This document shows, in pieces, positions 19,364-28,901 of a stretch of DNA of 64,000 nucleotides (position 1 is its first letter; each line of letters begins with the position of its first letter). The position numbers and the translations under genes are program-made. The notes under the pieces are model-generated. The model made no database searches, was not told where the DNA came from, and was given only the letters and a program-made list of their open reading frames with translations. The stretch lies in IMG/VR virus record IMGVR_UViG_3300032677_000006; one strand, given 5' to 3'. The DNA is from a virus.

Positions 19364-20833
19364 TTAACCGATAGTCTGGCCAAAAGCGCTTGGACTATTC
19401 TGCACGAGGCCGCGTGCAAACATCTTCGAGTTGATCATTTTGCGCGCGAAGCTCGTGGCAAAACCCCGTTGATGGATGAAGTCAGGCAGCACCACGTCAG
19501 GGGTGGTGTACAGCTTCTGGTACTCGGCCAACACGTAGCCGGTCGTGAGGAACTGATCGCCCTTGTGGCCGACCAGGAACTCGTTCACCGGATAGTGGGG
19601 ATCGGCGAACACTTTCTTGTTGCCGATGTCGCCCAGGTACGTGATGCCCTGCATCTGGACCCGGTTGTTCTTCGGCACGAACTGCGGCAGCGTGGCCACC
19701 ACGGTAGCGGCTTGGAGGCCCAAGAGCATCCAGTTACCGGCGACCATGTTCGTGGAACCGAAGATGAAGTTCGAGGCAGTCTCGAACGCGTCGATGATGG
19801 AGAACTTGTGCGTCTGGTAATTGACGTTCGCCGGAGCGATAGCGTCCCAGACCACGAACCCGGCATCCGCCTTGGCCCGCAAGTCAAAGATGACCTGGCG
19901 GTGCTTCTGGTATTGCAGGGCGTTGGTCAACGCGTTGAGCAGGACGCTCTCCGCCTTGATGTTGTACATGGCCTGGAGGTTCTGGTCGGCTTCCTCGGAC
20001 CAGAGCGTCTTCAGCTTCATCACCTTGGCGGTGACGGGGGTGCTGGAGAGCTTCATCTCGTAGTCCTGGATCGCCAGGTTGCCTTCCGAGTTGAACGCGT
20101 AGCTCACAGTGTAGCTGGCAGCCGTTTCCGCGCTGACGGTGATCGTACCCGCGCCGGAACCTTGATAGGTCACCACGCCGATATACGCGCCCGTGGCCAC
20201 GTTGACGATCTGGCCGTTGCCGTCGTCCGCGAACTGGGTGCCGTCACCGAAGGAACCGGAAATCGTCCCGGTGCGGATCGGAGTCCATTCCAGCACGAAC
20301 ACGCCGGAACCATTCGTGGTGCCGGTTTCGTCCTGGACGACTTCATCAGCGTCATCGTCGCGGTCCACCGCGCCTTGCAGCGCGCGCCAGACGGGTGCGC
20401 CTGCCGGGGTGCGGCCTTTGCGCCGACCGGTGACGATGTCCATGTACACGATCTGGCTGACCGGGCCAGCCATGGGCTGGAGGGCCACCAGTTGATCAAT
20501 CACGTCGTTTTCCGACATGTTGGCGATGATGGGGAAAATCCACTTGTCGAACGTCCCGAGGGAGGTCGTACGAGTGACTTCGTCCAGACGGCCAAAACGG
20601 CTGCGGCAGTTTTCGAGCATGATCGCCGCCAGCGGTTTCTTGTGCTCCGGCATGTGGTCGACGAATTCCTTCCAGCCTTTGGCTTCCCAAAGACCTCGGG
20701 GATTTTTGTCGCGGCTGACCCCGACCGGCGTTTCCGCCAGGCGGTAGCCCCACTCAAGGACATCCATGAAGCGGGAAATGTGCCCGCCATCAGATGCCAA
20801 TACCGGTCTTCCACTTTCAGTTAGAATAACCAT
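19364..20833 (-). CDS. Major capsid protein (T4 gp23-like)
   Basis: 'LVALQPMAGPVSQIVY', 'VTAKVMKLKTLWSEEADQNLQAM', 'FLVGHKG..GYVLAEY' gp23-type motifs; downstream of the prohead protease. Confidence 0.9.
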   Translation of the reverse strand: MVILTESGRPVLASDGGHISRFMDVLEWGYRLAETPVGVSRDKNPRGLWEAKGWKEFVDHMPEHKKPLAAIMLENCRSRFGRLDEVTRTTSLGTFDKWIFPIIANMSENDVIDQLVALQPMAGPVSQIVYMDIVTGRRKGRTPAGAPVWRALQGAVDRDDDADEVVQDETGTTNGSGVFVLEWTPIRTGTISGSFGDGTQFADDGNGQIVNVATGAYIGVVTYQGSGAGTITVSAETAASYTVSYAFNSEGNLAIQDYEMKLSSTPVTAKVMKLKTLWSEEADQNLQAMYNIKAESVLLNALTNALQYQKHRQVIFDLRAKADAGFVVWDAIAPANVNYQTHKFSIIDAFETASNFIFGSTNMVAGNWMLLGLQAATVVATLPQFVPKNNRVQMQGITYLGDIGNKKVFADPHYPVNEFLVGHKGDQFLTTGYVLAEYQKLYTTPDVVLPDFIHQRGFATSFARKMINSKMFARGLVQNSPSAFGQTIG

Positions 20834-20873
20834 AAGTATTTATTTCTTAGTTTGTTGTGTTGGTTGATGGCGT

Positions 20874-22550
20874 TTACTTGACTGAACCGCTCAAGCGTTG
20901 CACCAGGCCGATGGACTCGCTCAGGTCGCGAATGTCGCGACTCTGGGTAAGCACACGGGCTTCGGTAATCGCCGGAGCAGCGGGCTTGGCGTCGTTGGAC
21001 TCGGTTTTCACCTTGCCCGGTTCGGCGGCCACTTTCCCGGATTCAGGGCTGCCAGCGCCCTTCACCTTTTCGTCCTTGATGCCTTCTTTGGACGGCACTT
21101 CGCCCTCTTTGGGCTGTTTCAGCGCGTCAGCTTCTTGGACCGAATCTTTCTTGGGGCCTTCCAGTTTTTCCCGGATGACCGCGATGTGACGGAGACGAGT
21201 GGCCTCTTTGAGCGCCTTCTGGATTTCCGGCGTCTGCGCCTTGTCCTTGAATTCCAGGACGATCACCCGGCGACCGAGTTCCGTGACGTCTTCGTGATAG
21301 CGCTGGGCCATCAGGTCCAGGGCCTCGCAGGAGGTGTCGAAGTCGTGCTCCAGCGCCAGGAACTTGGCCTTGCGGCTTTCCGCCAGGCGTTGCCAGCCCT
21401 GACCGCGCCGGGTCAATTCTTCGACCATCTTCTGGCCGCTGCGCTTGCCTTTGATGGCTTCGCCCAGCTTTTTCTTGTACGTGACCGCCGTTTGAGCGGT
21501 GGCGTTGATGACGCGCATCAGCTTGCCGTTCTGTTCGGTCAGGCGTTTGGCCTCCTTGATGGGAAGGCGGGCCGATTGGGTCCAGGTCTCGGACAGACTG
21601 TCGAGTTCCTTGTGCAGCTTCTGGGCTTCCCAGGAGCGTTTCGGATCGGCAGCAGCCCATTCGCAGACCTGCTGGTGCAAGTCCTCGATTTGGCCCATGG
21701 ACTCGGCGAATCTGCTCAGCTTGGTGGGTTCCAAACCTCGGAGCGCGGTCACCCGCGTCTTGATTTCGTTGATTTCCATATTTTTTGTGGTGTGTTTGTT
21801 GCTGGCTGTTGCAGGGCTACTGCTTGAACCAGATGAAGGCGACGATTCCTTCAAATTTTTGGCAGTCTCGGCTTCGAGGACTGGGGCCGTTTTGGCCGGT
21901 TGGAGAGATTCTGCGGTGGGGTTGGGGGAAACAGGGGCGGCGAACTGCGGGGTCGAGGTGCTGAGGGCGGGGCGCTGCGGGGTCAGTTCGGCGGATTCAA
22001 AACTCGGCTTGATGACCACGTCCCAGCTTTCACACACGTAGTCCTCCTCCACGTTGTCCACGCCGTCCGCTCCGCGCTTCAGGGAGCCGTAGCCTCGGCT
22101 GGACACCAGTGGATTGTAGCCGCCTTCAATCAATCCCATCAGCTTGCCGGACTCAGGTATGAGCGTGGGATTATACAGCGCAATCTCGCCCATGACCTCG
22201 TGAATGACTTTCCCGTCCGCGTCCTTGGACTCCACCATCTGCGCGCTGACCACCTGGTGGGAAATCGGGGATTGCAGCGTCACCAGGCCGTCCTTGGGAT
22301 GTTCCAGCAGGCCGAAGGCGGCGTTGCGCTTGATGGCTTCCTGGAGCGGCGATCCGGGCGTGAGATTCTTTTCCCAGACGCGCTTGCTGTAGCGCCGGTT
22401 GTTGCCGTTGACGCAGTCACAGACGCTGAAGCGACCCGGTATGCGAGCAACACTTCCGCCGTTGGGACGGCTCTCGATAACGGGAGGTTTGGACCGGTCT
22501 ACGATGAACGTATAGGCTCCGGCAATGCCTTCGGCTAAGTATTGTCTCAT
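20874..22550 (-). CDS. Prohead core protease (T4 gp21-like) fused to a coiled-coil scaffold
   Basis: NGNNRRY, GLLEHP, ISHQV, VSSRGYGS, WDVVIKPS motifs; C-terminal ~300 aa coiled coil. Confidence 0.88.
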   Translation of the reverse strand: MRQYLAEGIAGAYTFIVDRSKPPVIESRPNGGSVARIPGRFSVCDCVNGNNRRYSKRVWEKNLTPGSPLQEAIKRNAAFGLLEHPKDGLVTLQSPISHQVVSAQMVESKDADGKVIHEVMGEIALYNPTLIPESGKLMGLIEGGYNPLVSSRGYGSLKRGADGVDNVEEDYVCESWDVVIKPSFESAELTPQRPALSTSTPQFAAPVSPNPTAESLQPAKTAPVLEAETAKNLKESSPSSGSSSSPATASNKHTTKNMEINEIKTRVTALRGLEPTKLSRFAESMGQIEDLHQQVCEWAAADPKRSWEAQKLHKELDSLSETWTQSARLPIKEAKRLTEQNGKLMRVINATAQTAVTYKKKLGEAIKGKRSGQKMVEELTRRGQGWQRLAESRKAKFLALEHDFDTSCEALDLMAQRYHEDVTELGRRVIVLEFKDKAQTPEIQKALKEATRLRHIAVIREKLEGPKKDSVQEADALKQPKEGEVPSKEGIKDEKVKGAGSPESGKVAAEPGKVKTESNDAKPAAPAITEARVLTQSRDIRDLSESIGLVQRLSGSVK

Positions 22551-22654
22551 GTATGCGGCGGACGCGCTGATTAAAGGGTCCGCCTATAACCACGAGGAAC
22601 CGCCGCCGAAAGTAAACGAAACGCGAAAACGCCGCTAAGACGATTGAAACTACA

Positions 22655-22924
22655 TCAAATGTTGGGAGAATAAGGCAGCACCGGCGCTTTGGGCAGTCGC
22701 GGCCTCTCAATTAGCACCTCTGCCTTCAGAAAATTCCAGGCCATGGTCAAGGCTTCCTCGATGGCGTCCATGTTCGCGCCGCGCTGCTTGAACCACTCAC
22801 GAACCTCCTCAATTTCAAGCTCTTCGCTGAAACCGTCCACCGGAGTGGTCAGCGTGCAAAAGGTGCTGAACATCTCCCGGGTGATGATCACGTGCAGGGG
22901 TTCAGGGGAGGGTGGAATCTGCAT
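22655..22924 (-). CDS. Hypothetical protein
   Basis: 89-aa ORF in the head gene cluster. Confidence 0.55.
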   Translation of the reverse strand: MQIPPSPEPLHVIITREMFSTFCTLTTPVDGFSEELEIEEVREWFKQRGANMDAIEEALTMAWNFLKAEVLIERPRLPKAPVLPYSPNI

Positions 22925-23642
22925 ATTTTACCAGGTAGGCGGACAGGTCTTGGAAGGCTAAGTTGAACGATTCACGACTGTCAACCAGCTCAAGCTGATC
23001 TGGTTGCATGAACTCGTATACAATAGCGAGCGCAATTTCATCCGCCCAGTCGCAAAAATTATCCCGATTTATGCCCGGCAGGCACTCCTTGTAGCGCTCC
23101 AGAGCCGCCTCTTTCATCCGGTCCAAAGTAGACGGCAATTCGTCAATGTACCGCTGCGGGTCTACGTTTTCAGCGGACTCGCCCATGGGCCGGATGTTCC
23201 TGGCGTCGCCGATGGTGAAGTAGTCGGCCACACCCTCTGATTCGTCGAACGGCGGAAATGGATCGCTCACGTGTACGCGGGGCAGGTAGCGCCGCAGCAG
23301 CCGGTGATAAAAGCTCAGCTTGTCCTGGTTGTAGCTGCCGACCAGGAGAGTGCCGTACTTGGAAATCCAGCTGCGCACCAGGTCCAGAAACTCGTGCCGG
23401 TGGCCCAACGCGTGATGTCCGCCCACCTGGCGCTTCTGCTGGCTGTCCGGGTCGAACGACAGGCCGCGCCGGTTGAGCGAAATTTCGTTGAACTTGACCT
23501 CCTCGCCCTTGATGTGCTTTTTGCCCTGCCAGAGCTTCATGTTGTAGTCCCCGACGTCGGCGGCGGCCACCAGGGTGTAGCCCTCGGGCGTCCACTCGCC
23601 GTCGGTTTCCAACAGGCTGAAGGCTAACTGGGCGGCGTTCAT
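22902..23642 (-). CDS. Hypothetical protein, putative internal head protein
   Basis: N-terminal 'AAQLAFSLLE'. Confidence 0.6.
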   Translation of the reverse strand: MNAAQLAFSLLETDGEWTPEGYTLVAAADVGDYNMKLWQGKKHIKGEEVKFNEISLNRRGLSFDPDSQQKRQVGGHHALGHRHEFLDLVRSWISKYGTLLVGSYNQDKLSFYHRLLRRYLPRVHVSDPFPPFDESEGVADYFTIGDARNIRPMGESAENVDPQRYIDELPSTLDRMKEAALERYKECLPGINRDNFCDWADEIALAIVYEFMQPDQLELVDSRESFNLAFQDLSAYLVKYADSTLP

Positions 23643-23935
23643 CCTTTGCCGAAAATGTCGTGCCAGGGGTGGTTCGGGTCCCGGGCCGCCTGCCGGAACT
23701 TTTCGTGCGCGGCCCGGATGGTCTTGGGCGGCCAGATGATCGGGCCTTTGCAGTCGGAATGGTACGCCTGATCCATGCTCTCGCCCTGGAAAAAGACGTG
23801 CTTCTCGTGAATTTCCTGCTGGCAGTGCGGACAGACGTGATACGTCTCTGCGCGCGTGGCCTCAATTACTTCCAGGGACTGGGTCGGCTGGCTTTGCTGG
23901 CTCTCCCCCAGGACTCTTCGTAGCGTTGTGTTCAT
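23639..23935 (-). CDS. Small Zn-ribbon protein, putative head-associated
   Basis: 'LRRVLGE' N-terminus; CPHC...HSDC. Confidence 0.6.
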   Translation of the reverse strand: MNTTLRRVLGESQQSQPTQSLEVIEATRAETYHVCPHCQQEIHEKHVFFQGESMDQAYHSDCKGPIIWPPKTIRAAHEKFRQAARDPNHPWHDIFGKG

Positions 23936-24344
23936 GCAGTGCCTTGGTTATGGCGTCTTTGTAGATACCGAAGCACAGCCCGCTGTAAAATCGGCCTGGC
24001 GTCGCGAGCTTCATCTTGCCCTGCTCATTCAGGAGCACGAATTCGACGGCCTGGGCTTCGCTGAAATGGTTCAGGTAGCACTTGTTGGCCGGGCTGCTGG
24101 GCAGGTGCTGGCCCGCCACCGGCTCCAGGTAGATTTTGTAATTCTTGTCGGTCGGCACCACCGTCGCACCGTTTTTGATGGCCTCCAGGGCGATGGATGG
24201 CTTCATGCCGCCGCAGTGGGAGCAGGTGTTGTCGTCACGCCAGTGCGGCTGGCTGTGGGAGTGGTAAACCAAAGGACTGGCCGCGATCTCAGCTTCGGTC
24301 ATCACCGAGCACCGGCCCCAGAACGTGTCGGCGTCCTGGCTCAC
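23862..24344 (-). CDS. Hypothetical protein
   Basis: 'TCSHCG..P..A....GATVVPTDKNYKIY' phage-type motif. Confidence 0.6.
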   Translation of the reverse strand: MSQDADTFWGRCSVMTEAEIAASPLVYHSHSQPHWRDDNTCSHCGGMKPSIALEAIKNGATVVPTDKNYKIYLEPVAGQHLPSSPANKCYLNHFSEAQAVEFVLLNEQGKMKLATPGRFYSGLCFGIYKDAITKALHEHNATKSPGGEPAKPADPVPGSN

Positions 24345-24946
24345 ATGAACCTCCGCAGGGCCTCGTAGGCGTTGGTGGGATTAAAATTGCTGGTCGGCTC
24401 CGGCATCGTGCCGCCGTCCTTGGCCGATAGCAACGCCATGGCGGCGTGGCCCTGCGCCTGGGGCGCGTCTTCAGTCAAGACCGTCATATTCTGCACCATG
24501 GCCTCAGCCTCCTCGGTGGACACGGCTCCGGCGGCGGCCATCTCCTGGCCGTTGCGCGCAGGCGCTCCAGTGCGCCGGTGGCCCAAAAGCACATCCATGG
24601 CGCGCATGGCTGGATCGCTCTGGCCCATGCCGTTCTGGGGCAGCTCCGGGGCGTTCTCCAGGTCAGCCACGGTAAACTTCTGCGGGCTGCCGCTGCCTGG
24701 CACTTTGGAGGGGTCGATGGGCTGCTGTGAGTCGGGCGTGCAGTCCGGGGCGGTCAGCGCCGAGTACGGCGTCAGGTACTTCTCCTTTTCGCCGGTCGGC
24801 TTGCTGGGTTCCTGGACCACCCGGGTCAGCGGAGCCAGCGGTTTGCCTACCACTTCCTGGGTCATGTCGTGCTCTTCGGCGTCGTCAGGAATTACCCCTT
24901 TGGTGCCGCGCTCTTCGCCAAGCACACGTTTCAACATTGGATTCAT
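24341..24946 (-). CDS. Hypothetical acidic protein (start re-assigned to ATG 24946)
   Basis: 'MNPMLKRVLGEE'; ATGA overlap with the upstream ORF. Confidence 0.65.
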   Translation of the reverse strand: MNPMLKRVLGEERGTKGVIPDDAEEHDMTQEVVGKPLAPLTRVVQEPSKPTGEKEKYLTPYSALTAPDCTPDSQQPIDPSKVPGSGSPQKFTVADLENAPELPQNGMGQSDPAMRAMDVLLGHRRTGAPARNGQEMAAAGAVSTEEAEAMVQNMTVLTEDAPQAQGHAAMALLSAKDGGTMPEPTSNFNPTNAYEALRRFM

Positions 24947-25158
24947 ACGCGTAATTTTGACATTTCCCGGTCGTAGGAGGCCGCCGTGGCCGGATCGTGC
25001 ATCCGGATCAGTTCGCTGGCCAGGGCGATGATCTGGTCGCGGTCGCCGCGCTTGGCGGCGGCCACAATGGCGTTGGCCAGCTCCACCTCCCGGCGCTCTT
25101 CCGGGCTGCCGGAGGTTTCGCTGTCTTCGCCCAGTACCTGTGCAATCAGTGCATTCAC
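24943..25158 (-). CDS. Small hypothetical protein
   Basis: 'MNALIAQVLGED'; translationally coupled to neighbours. Confidence 0.6.
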   Translation of the reverse strand: MNALIAQVLGEDSETSGSPEERREVELANAIVAAAKRGDRDQIIALASELIRMHDPATAASYDREMSKLRV

Positions 25159-25592
25159 GAAACCGGCTCCATTGTGCCTTTGTCACGGTTGGCGACCACC
25201 CGCTGCAAAATCTGGGAATAATCGGACGACGGCTCCGGCACGGGAATGTTCTCCGAATCCGCCAGCTCGTCCAGCAGCTGGCCAAGCTCGCGCCCTGCGC
25301 CCTGGCCGATCACAAAGCACAGGTTGACAAAATCAACGTAGCTGGCGGGTGTAAACATCAGCTGGGTGGCCACGTCCATCTTCTGGCCGGATTGCCACAT
25401 GCGGGCCAGCTCCTGAACCGGCACGGTGCTGGATTGAGCTGGCGGCGCATCCATCTCGGTTGGCTCCGGATCAATCTGGGCTGGCTCCGGACCTGCTTGC
25501 GCCTGGCTCTGAGCCGCGTCGTCTACCTCGGGCGGCGCGATTTCATCGTCCGACTCGCCCAGCAGGCGGCGCAAAAATGGGTTGTAGCTCAT
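25155..25592 (-). CDS. Hypothetical acidic protein
   Basis: 'FLRRLLGESDD'; GTAGTTA upstream (25601-25607). Confidence 0.65.
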   Translation of the reverse strand: MSYNPFLRRLLGESDDEIAPPEVDDAAQSQAQAGPEPAQIDPEPTEMDAPPAQSSTVPVQELARMWQSGQKMDVATQLMFTPASYVDFVNLCFVIGQGAGRELGQLLDELADSENIPVPEPSSDYSQILQRVVANRDKGTMEPVS

Positions 25593-25603
25593 ACCTGGGC
25601 TAA

Positions 25604-26533
25604 CTACACCAGGTCAGTGAGAATCCGATAACCGACCTGCTCAAGTTGACGGGTGGAGCTGCCTGCGTTCATGTAGCCGCCCGACCACGGGGGATAGATC
25701 AGCTTGAACGGACGGTAGTAGTGACGGTAGCTATACTCACGCGTGGCCCGGTTCATGGCCTGGGAGGCAACCAGGTCGGCCTGCTTGCGCGGAACCCCGG
25801 CAAAGCTGGTGGGGACATCCTGGTGCTGGAGCAGACCATGTTCGATGTCCAGGCAGTTCATGTCCTGCTTTTCCATCTGGATGAAACCAGCCAGGCGCGC
25901 CCGGATGTTGAAGTCGCAGTGCTCCTCGCCGAATTTCCCAAACTCAGTGTCGAAGTAACCGATCTTTTCAATCACCGCCCGGGTCATGGACATCATGATT
26001 CCGGTCATGCGCGGCAGCATCTTGACCTTGTACCCGCGCCAGGGGTACGTGACCCACTTGTAGCTCTCCGGGTTGCCGGAGATGGCCGGGCTGGCCTTGT
26101 CGAAGTCGCAGAAACAGAACAGGCCCACGCCCAGGTCATCGTGCGCCTGGGCGTACGCGCGGACGAAATCACCGGTGACCAGCAGGTCGTCGTTACACAG
26201 GCACAGGTGGTCGCAGCCCGAGTCCATGAACATTTTGATCAGCCGGTTGCTGTTGCCTGCCACCCCCAGGTTGCGTTCGCCCAGGAGCACCCGGGCGTTG
26301 GGATAGACCGCCGCCGGGTCGCCGCTGTCTACGTATTCCGTGGCCATGAGATCGCGCCGGTAGGCGTACTCTGTCGTGCGGCCCGCTTTCAGGAAGCTCG
26401 ACGTGCTGTCCCGCTGGCCGCAGTCTTCAGCGATGGCGCACTGGTACTGGGAGCAGTGCTCTTCAATTCCGGCCATCATGGCCTGGAGCGCCGCCAGCCG
26501 CCGGAAGGTGAGGATGCCGATGAAAGATTTCAT
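25604..26533 (-). CDS. Glycosyltransferase family 2-like
   Basis: GILTFRR, AEDCG, NLGVAGNSN, LCNDD, IGYFD..FG.EHCDFNIR. Confidence 0.8.
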   Translation of the reverse strand: MKSFIGILTFRRLAALQAMMAGIEEHCSQYQCAIAEDCGQRDSTSSFLKAGRTTEYAYRRDLMATEYVDSGDPAAVYPNARVLLGERNLGVAGNSNRLIKMFMDSGCDHLCLCNDDLLVTGDFVRAYAQAHDDLGVGLFCFCDFDKASPAISGNPESYKWVTYPWRGYKVKMLPRMTGIMMSMTRAVIEKIGYFDTEFGKFGEEHCDFNIRARLAGFIQMEKQDMNCLDIEHGLLQHQDVPTSFAGVPRKQADLVASQAMNRATREYSYRHYYRPFKLIYPPWSGGYMNAGSSTRQLEQVGYRILTDLV

Positions 26534-26766
26534 GATTCAGATTCCGTGAGCACGCCGATGACTTTTGGCTCGCCGACGATTTTAGCGGCGGCAGCGTTGG
26601 CCCGGAACAGGCACGTCAGCGTTTCCACCGCCTCTTTGGCCGCCTGGTCGTACAGCTGGCCGATCAGGCAGTCGTGGCCCCAGGGCGACGTGGCTTTGAT
26701 CTCCACGGTCAGCTGGATGCGGGCGGTGGCTTTGACCCGGGGCCGGGGCATGACTTTGGTTTCCAT
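26530..26766 (-). CDS. Hypothetical protein
   Basis: 78 aa, coupled to the glycosyltransferase gene. Confidence 0.55.
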   Translation of the reverse strand: METKVMPRPRVKATARIQLTVEIKATSPWGHDCLIGQLYDQAAKEAVETLTCLFRANAAAAKIVGEPKVIGVLTESES

Positions 26767-26771
26767 ACGCT

Positions 26772-27059
26772 TCAGTTGTTAAGCCGGGAGGTCAGCACCT
26801 TGCCCATGCGAAAGCGGACCGCCTGGCGGGCCGGGATGTGGTATTGGGCGGCGTGTGGGCGCTTGGGGTTGCGGCCCACCTTGGGCTTGCGGGTGACCAC
26901 CTCCAGCACGCCGAAGTTGCGGAACTCCACCCGGCGGCCCTTGCCCAGCGCCTCGGTGACGCAGTCCAGGATGGTGTCTACAATTCCCAGGGCGCGGGAG
27001 ACCGGCAGGTCCAGGCGCTTGTTCAAGTCTACGGCCAGCTGGTTGCGGTTGTAATTCAC
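26772..27059 (-). CDS. HU/IHF-family DNA-binding protein (start GTG 27059)
   Basis: 'ALGKGRRVEFRNFGVLEVVTRKPKVGRNPK..IPARQAVRFRMGK'. Confidence 0.9.
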   Translation of the reverse strand: MNYNRNQLAVDLNKRLDLPVSRALGIVDTILDCVTEALGKGRRVEFRNFGVLEVVTRKPKVGRNPKRPHAAQYHIPARQAVRFRMGKVLTSRLNN

Positions 27060-27382
27060 TTGTTCCGGCCCTCCCAGTAGCCCACCACGATGCGCGCGGC
27101 GGACTCTGGCATCAGATTGACGTCCGCGCCCAGGTCCAGCACGAACACGAGCACCCGGTAGCACAGCACCACGATCCACAGCTGGGTCACCACCACGTTC
27201 ACGATGGCAAAGGCGATCAGCTCGTTGGCCGTCGGCGCGCCGAACAGCTTCCAGAAGCCCAGCGTCATCCAGCTGAACAGAATGAGGGCGGCCATGGTGA
27301 AGTCCAAGGGCGCAAACAGACCCAGCTTGCGCTGGGCCTCGAAGCGCGACATCGGCTTTTCGGGAGCGGGAATGGCAGGCAT
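27056..27382 (-). CDS. Two-helix membrane protein
   Basis: Two hydrophobic segments. Confidence 0.6.
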   Translation of the reverse strand: MPAIPAPEKPMSRFEAQRKLGLFAPLDFTMAALILFSWMTLGFWKLFGAPTANELIAFAIVNVVVTQLWIVVLCYRVLVFVLDLGADVNLMPESAARIVVGYWEGRNK

Positions 27383-27383
27383 G

Positions 27384-28901
27384 TTAGCTGAGCGCCTCTT
27401 TGGCGTGTTGTTCGATCAGGGCGAAGATTTCCGCGAGCGAGGCGCAATCCCGGGGCTGCCACGCCTTCTGCTTGCTGACCAGCCGGGTCTTGAGCTTGTC
27501 GCTGGGCGCGCTGAACCGCAGGCGCATGGGGCTGGTGTTGTCTACCGTGAACAGGACCCGGTGCCGGTTGTTGGACGAGTCCTCGCCGTAGTAGACAATG
27601 GTTTCGTCTTCCACACGGCGGGAAAAGCTGTCATCCAGGTAGGCGATGATTTCCTGCTCGTCGCTGCTGGAAACCCGGAACTCCTTGTCCGCCGGGTGCG
27701 GCAGGCAGGCCGGGATGCGCTCCTGGTTGCGGCCCAGCAGGCGCGGGCTGATGGCCATAGTGGTCAGGCCCAGGTTGGCCGCTTCGATCCGGCAGCTGTC
27801 CCGCATGTCGCACATGTTGCATTTGCGGCAGTTGCGGGAGTACAGGATGCCGTAGCAGGACATGATGTTGCCGATCATCCGGGGCGGCTTGGCCCCGATC
27901 TCGATCAGCATCTCCTCCACCTCGGGCTTGCCCTTGACCTTCTCGTCAAATTGATTGCGCGCCGCCATCGTAAACAATCGCCGGACCACCATGTCGTCGT
28001 GCAGATTGGCGGGAATCTGGATGCCAAACAGCTGGCTCAAGGTGGCGATCAGGACGTTCCGGCGGCTTTGTTCATCTAGTTGTTCGTTGCTCATGTTGCG
28101 GTAGGCGGTGATTTTCTGCCTGACTGTTAGAACGTATTTGGCGAAGTCCTTGACATCCATGCCCAACCCCTCGGCCAGATGCTCGTTCTTGAGCTTGATG
28201 TTGAAGCCCTGGTCCTCCCGTTTACGCCAGGCGTCCAGCTGGGCCAGGCAGCAGGCTTTGGCGTTGGGCCGGTGGAGCTGCCGGAACACCAGGATTTCCG
28301 TCTCCGTCAACAGCGACTCATACTCCGCCTCGACCTCGCGGGCTTCCTGCTGGTCATGGTCGCTGCCGTTGGCCACCTGGACGTTCAGCTCCGGATCGTC
28401 CAGGCTCAGCTCGACGTTTTTGTGGTAAGCGGGGGCCTCCTCTTCATGCTCGTTGTCGTCGTCTACACTCAAGGGCTTAGCCCCTGGTGCCGGGGCGAAA
28501 CGCTGGTCCCGGGGCGGCGGCTTCTGGCCGGTGCGCTTTTCCGTGAACCGGTACTTCTGTAGACGGCTGCGGGCCATGTTGCTCACGCAGGCCGTGAAGA
28601 AGCGGAAGAAGTCGTAGCGGCTGACCTGGCGGTCCAGCTCGCCCTTGCTGATCAGCTCCGCGAGCTTCAACCGGCCCTCGCCGATCAATTCGTCGTAGTG
28701 CATGAACGGGGTGGTCACATCCCGGTACTGCCAGGCCACGGAGGCGATCACGCGCTCCAGGTCTTCCATCATCTCTTCCAAGATGGGTGGTCGCAGCTTG
28801 GGGTCGGCCCAGAGCGGGCCGCGACAGACGTGGTGCCGGGTCAGTTTTACCTGCCAGCAATCACTGTCCGGAATCTTCGTCGAAAACGCCATATTCGCCA
28901 T
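27384..28901 (-). CDS. Sigma70-family-like factor with C-terminal Cys-rich extension
   Basis: Region-2-like 'VIASVAWQY..DELIGEG.L.L..FFRFFTACVSNMARSRL', 'LSLDD', region-4-like 'LTETEILVF..EHLAEGLGM'; CYG...CRKCNMC. Confidence 0.6.
   Translation of the reverse strand: MANMAFSTKIPDSDCWQVKLTRHHVCRGPLWADPKLRPPILEEMMEDLERVIASVAWQYRDVTTPFMHYDELIGEGRLKLAELISKGELDRQVSRYDFFRFFTACVSNMARSRLQKYRFTEKRTGQKPPPRDQRFAPAPGAKPLSVDDDNEHEEEAPAYHKNVELSLDDPELNVQVANGSDHDQQEAREVEAEYESLLTETEILVFRQLHRPNAKACCLAQLDAWRKREDQGFNIKLKNEHLAEGLGMDVKDFAKYVLTVRQKITAYRNMSNEQLDEQSRRNVLIATLSQLFGIQIPANLHDDMVVRRLFTMAARNQFDEKVKGKPEVEEMLIEIGAKPPRMIGNIMSCYGILYSRNCRKCNMCDMRDSCRIEAANLGLTTMAISPRLLGRNQERIPACLPHPADKEFRVSSSDEQEIIAYLDDSFSRRVEDETIVYYGEDSSNNRHRVLFTVDNTSPMRLRFSAPSDKLKTRLVSKQKAWQPRDCASLAEIFALIEQHAKEALS

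Noticed and set aside
24947-25285. N-terminal extensions of track ORFs (24341-25285; likewise 53216-54097, 56675-57364, 58336-59031)
   Set aside because: The extensions overlap neighbouring genes; downstream starts fit stop-start coupling or the upstream motifs
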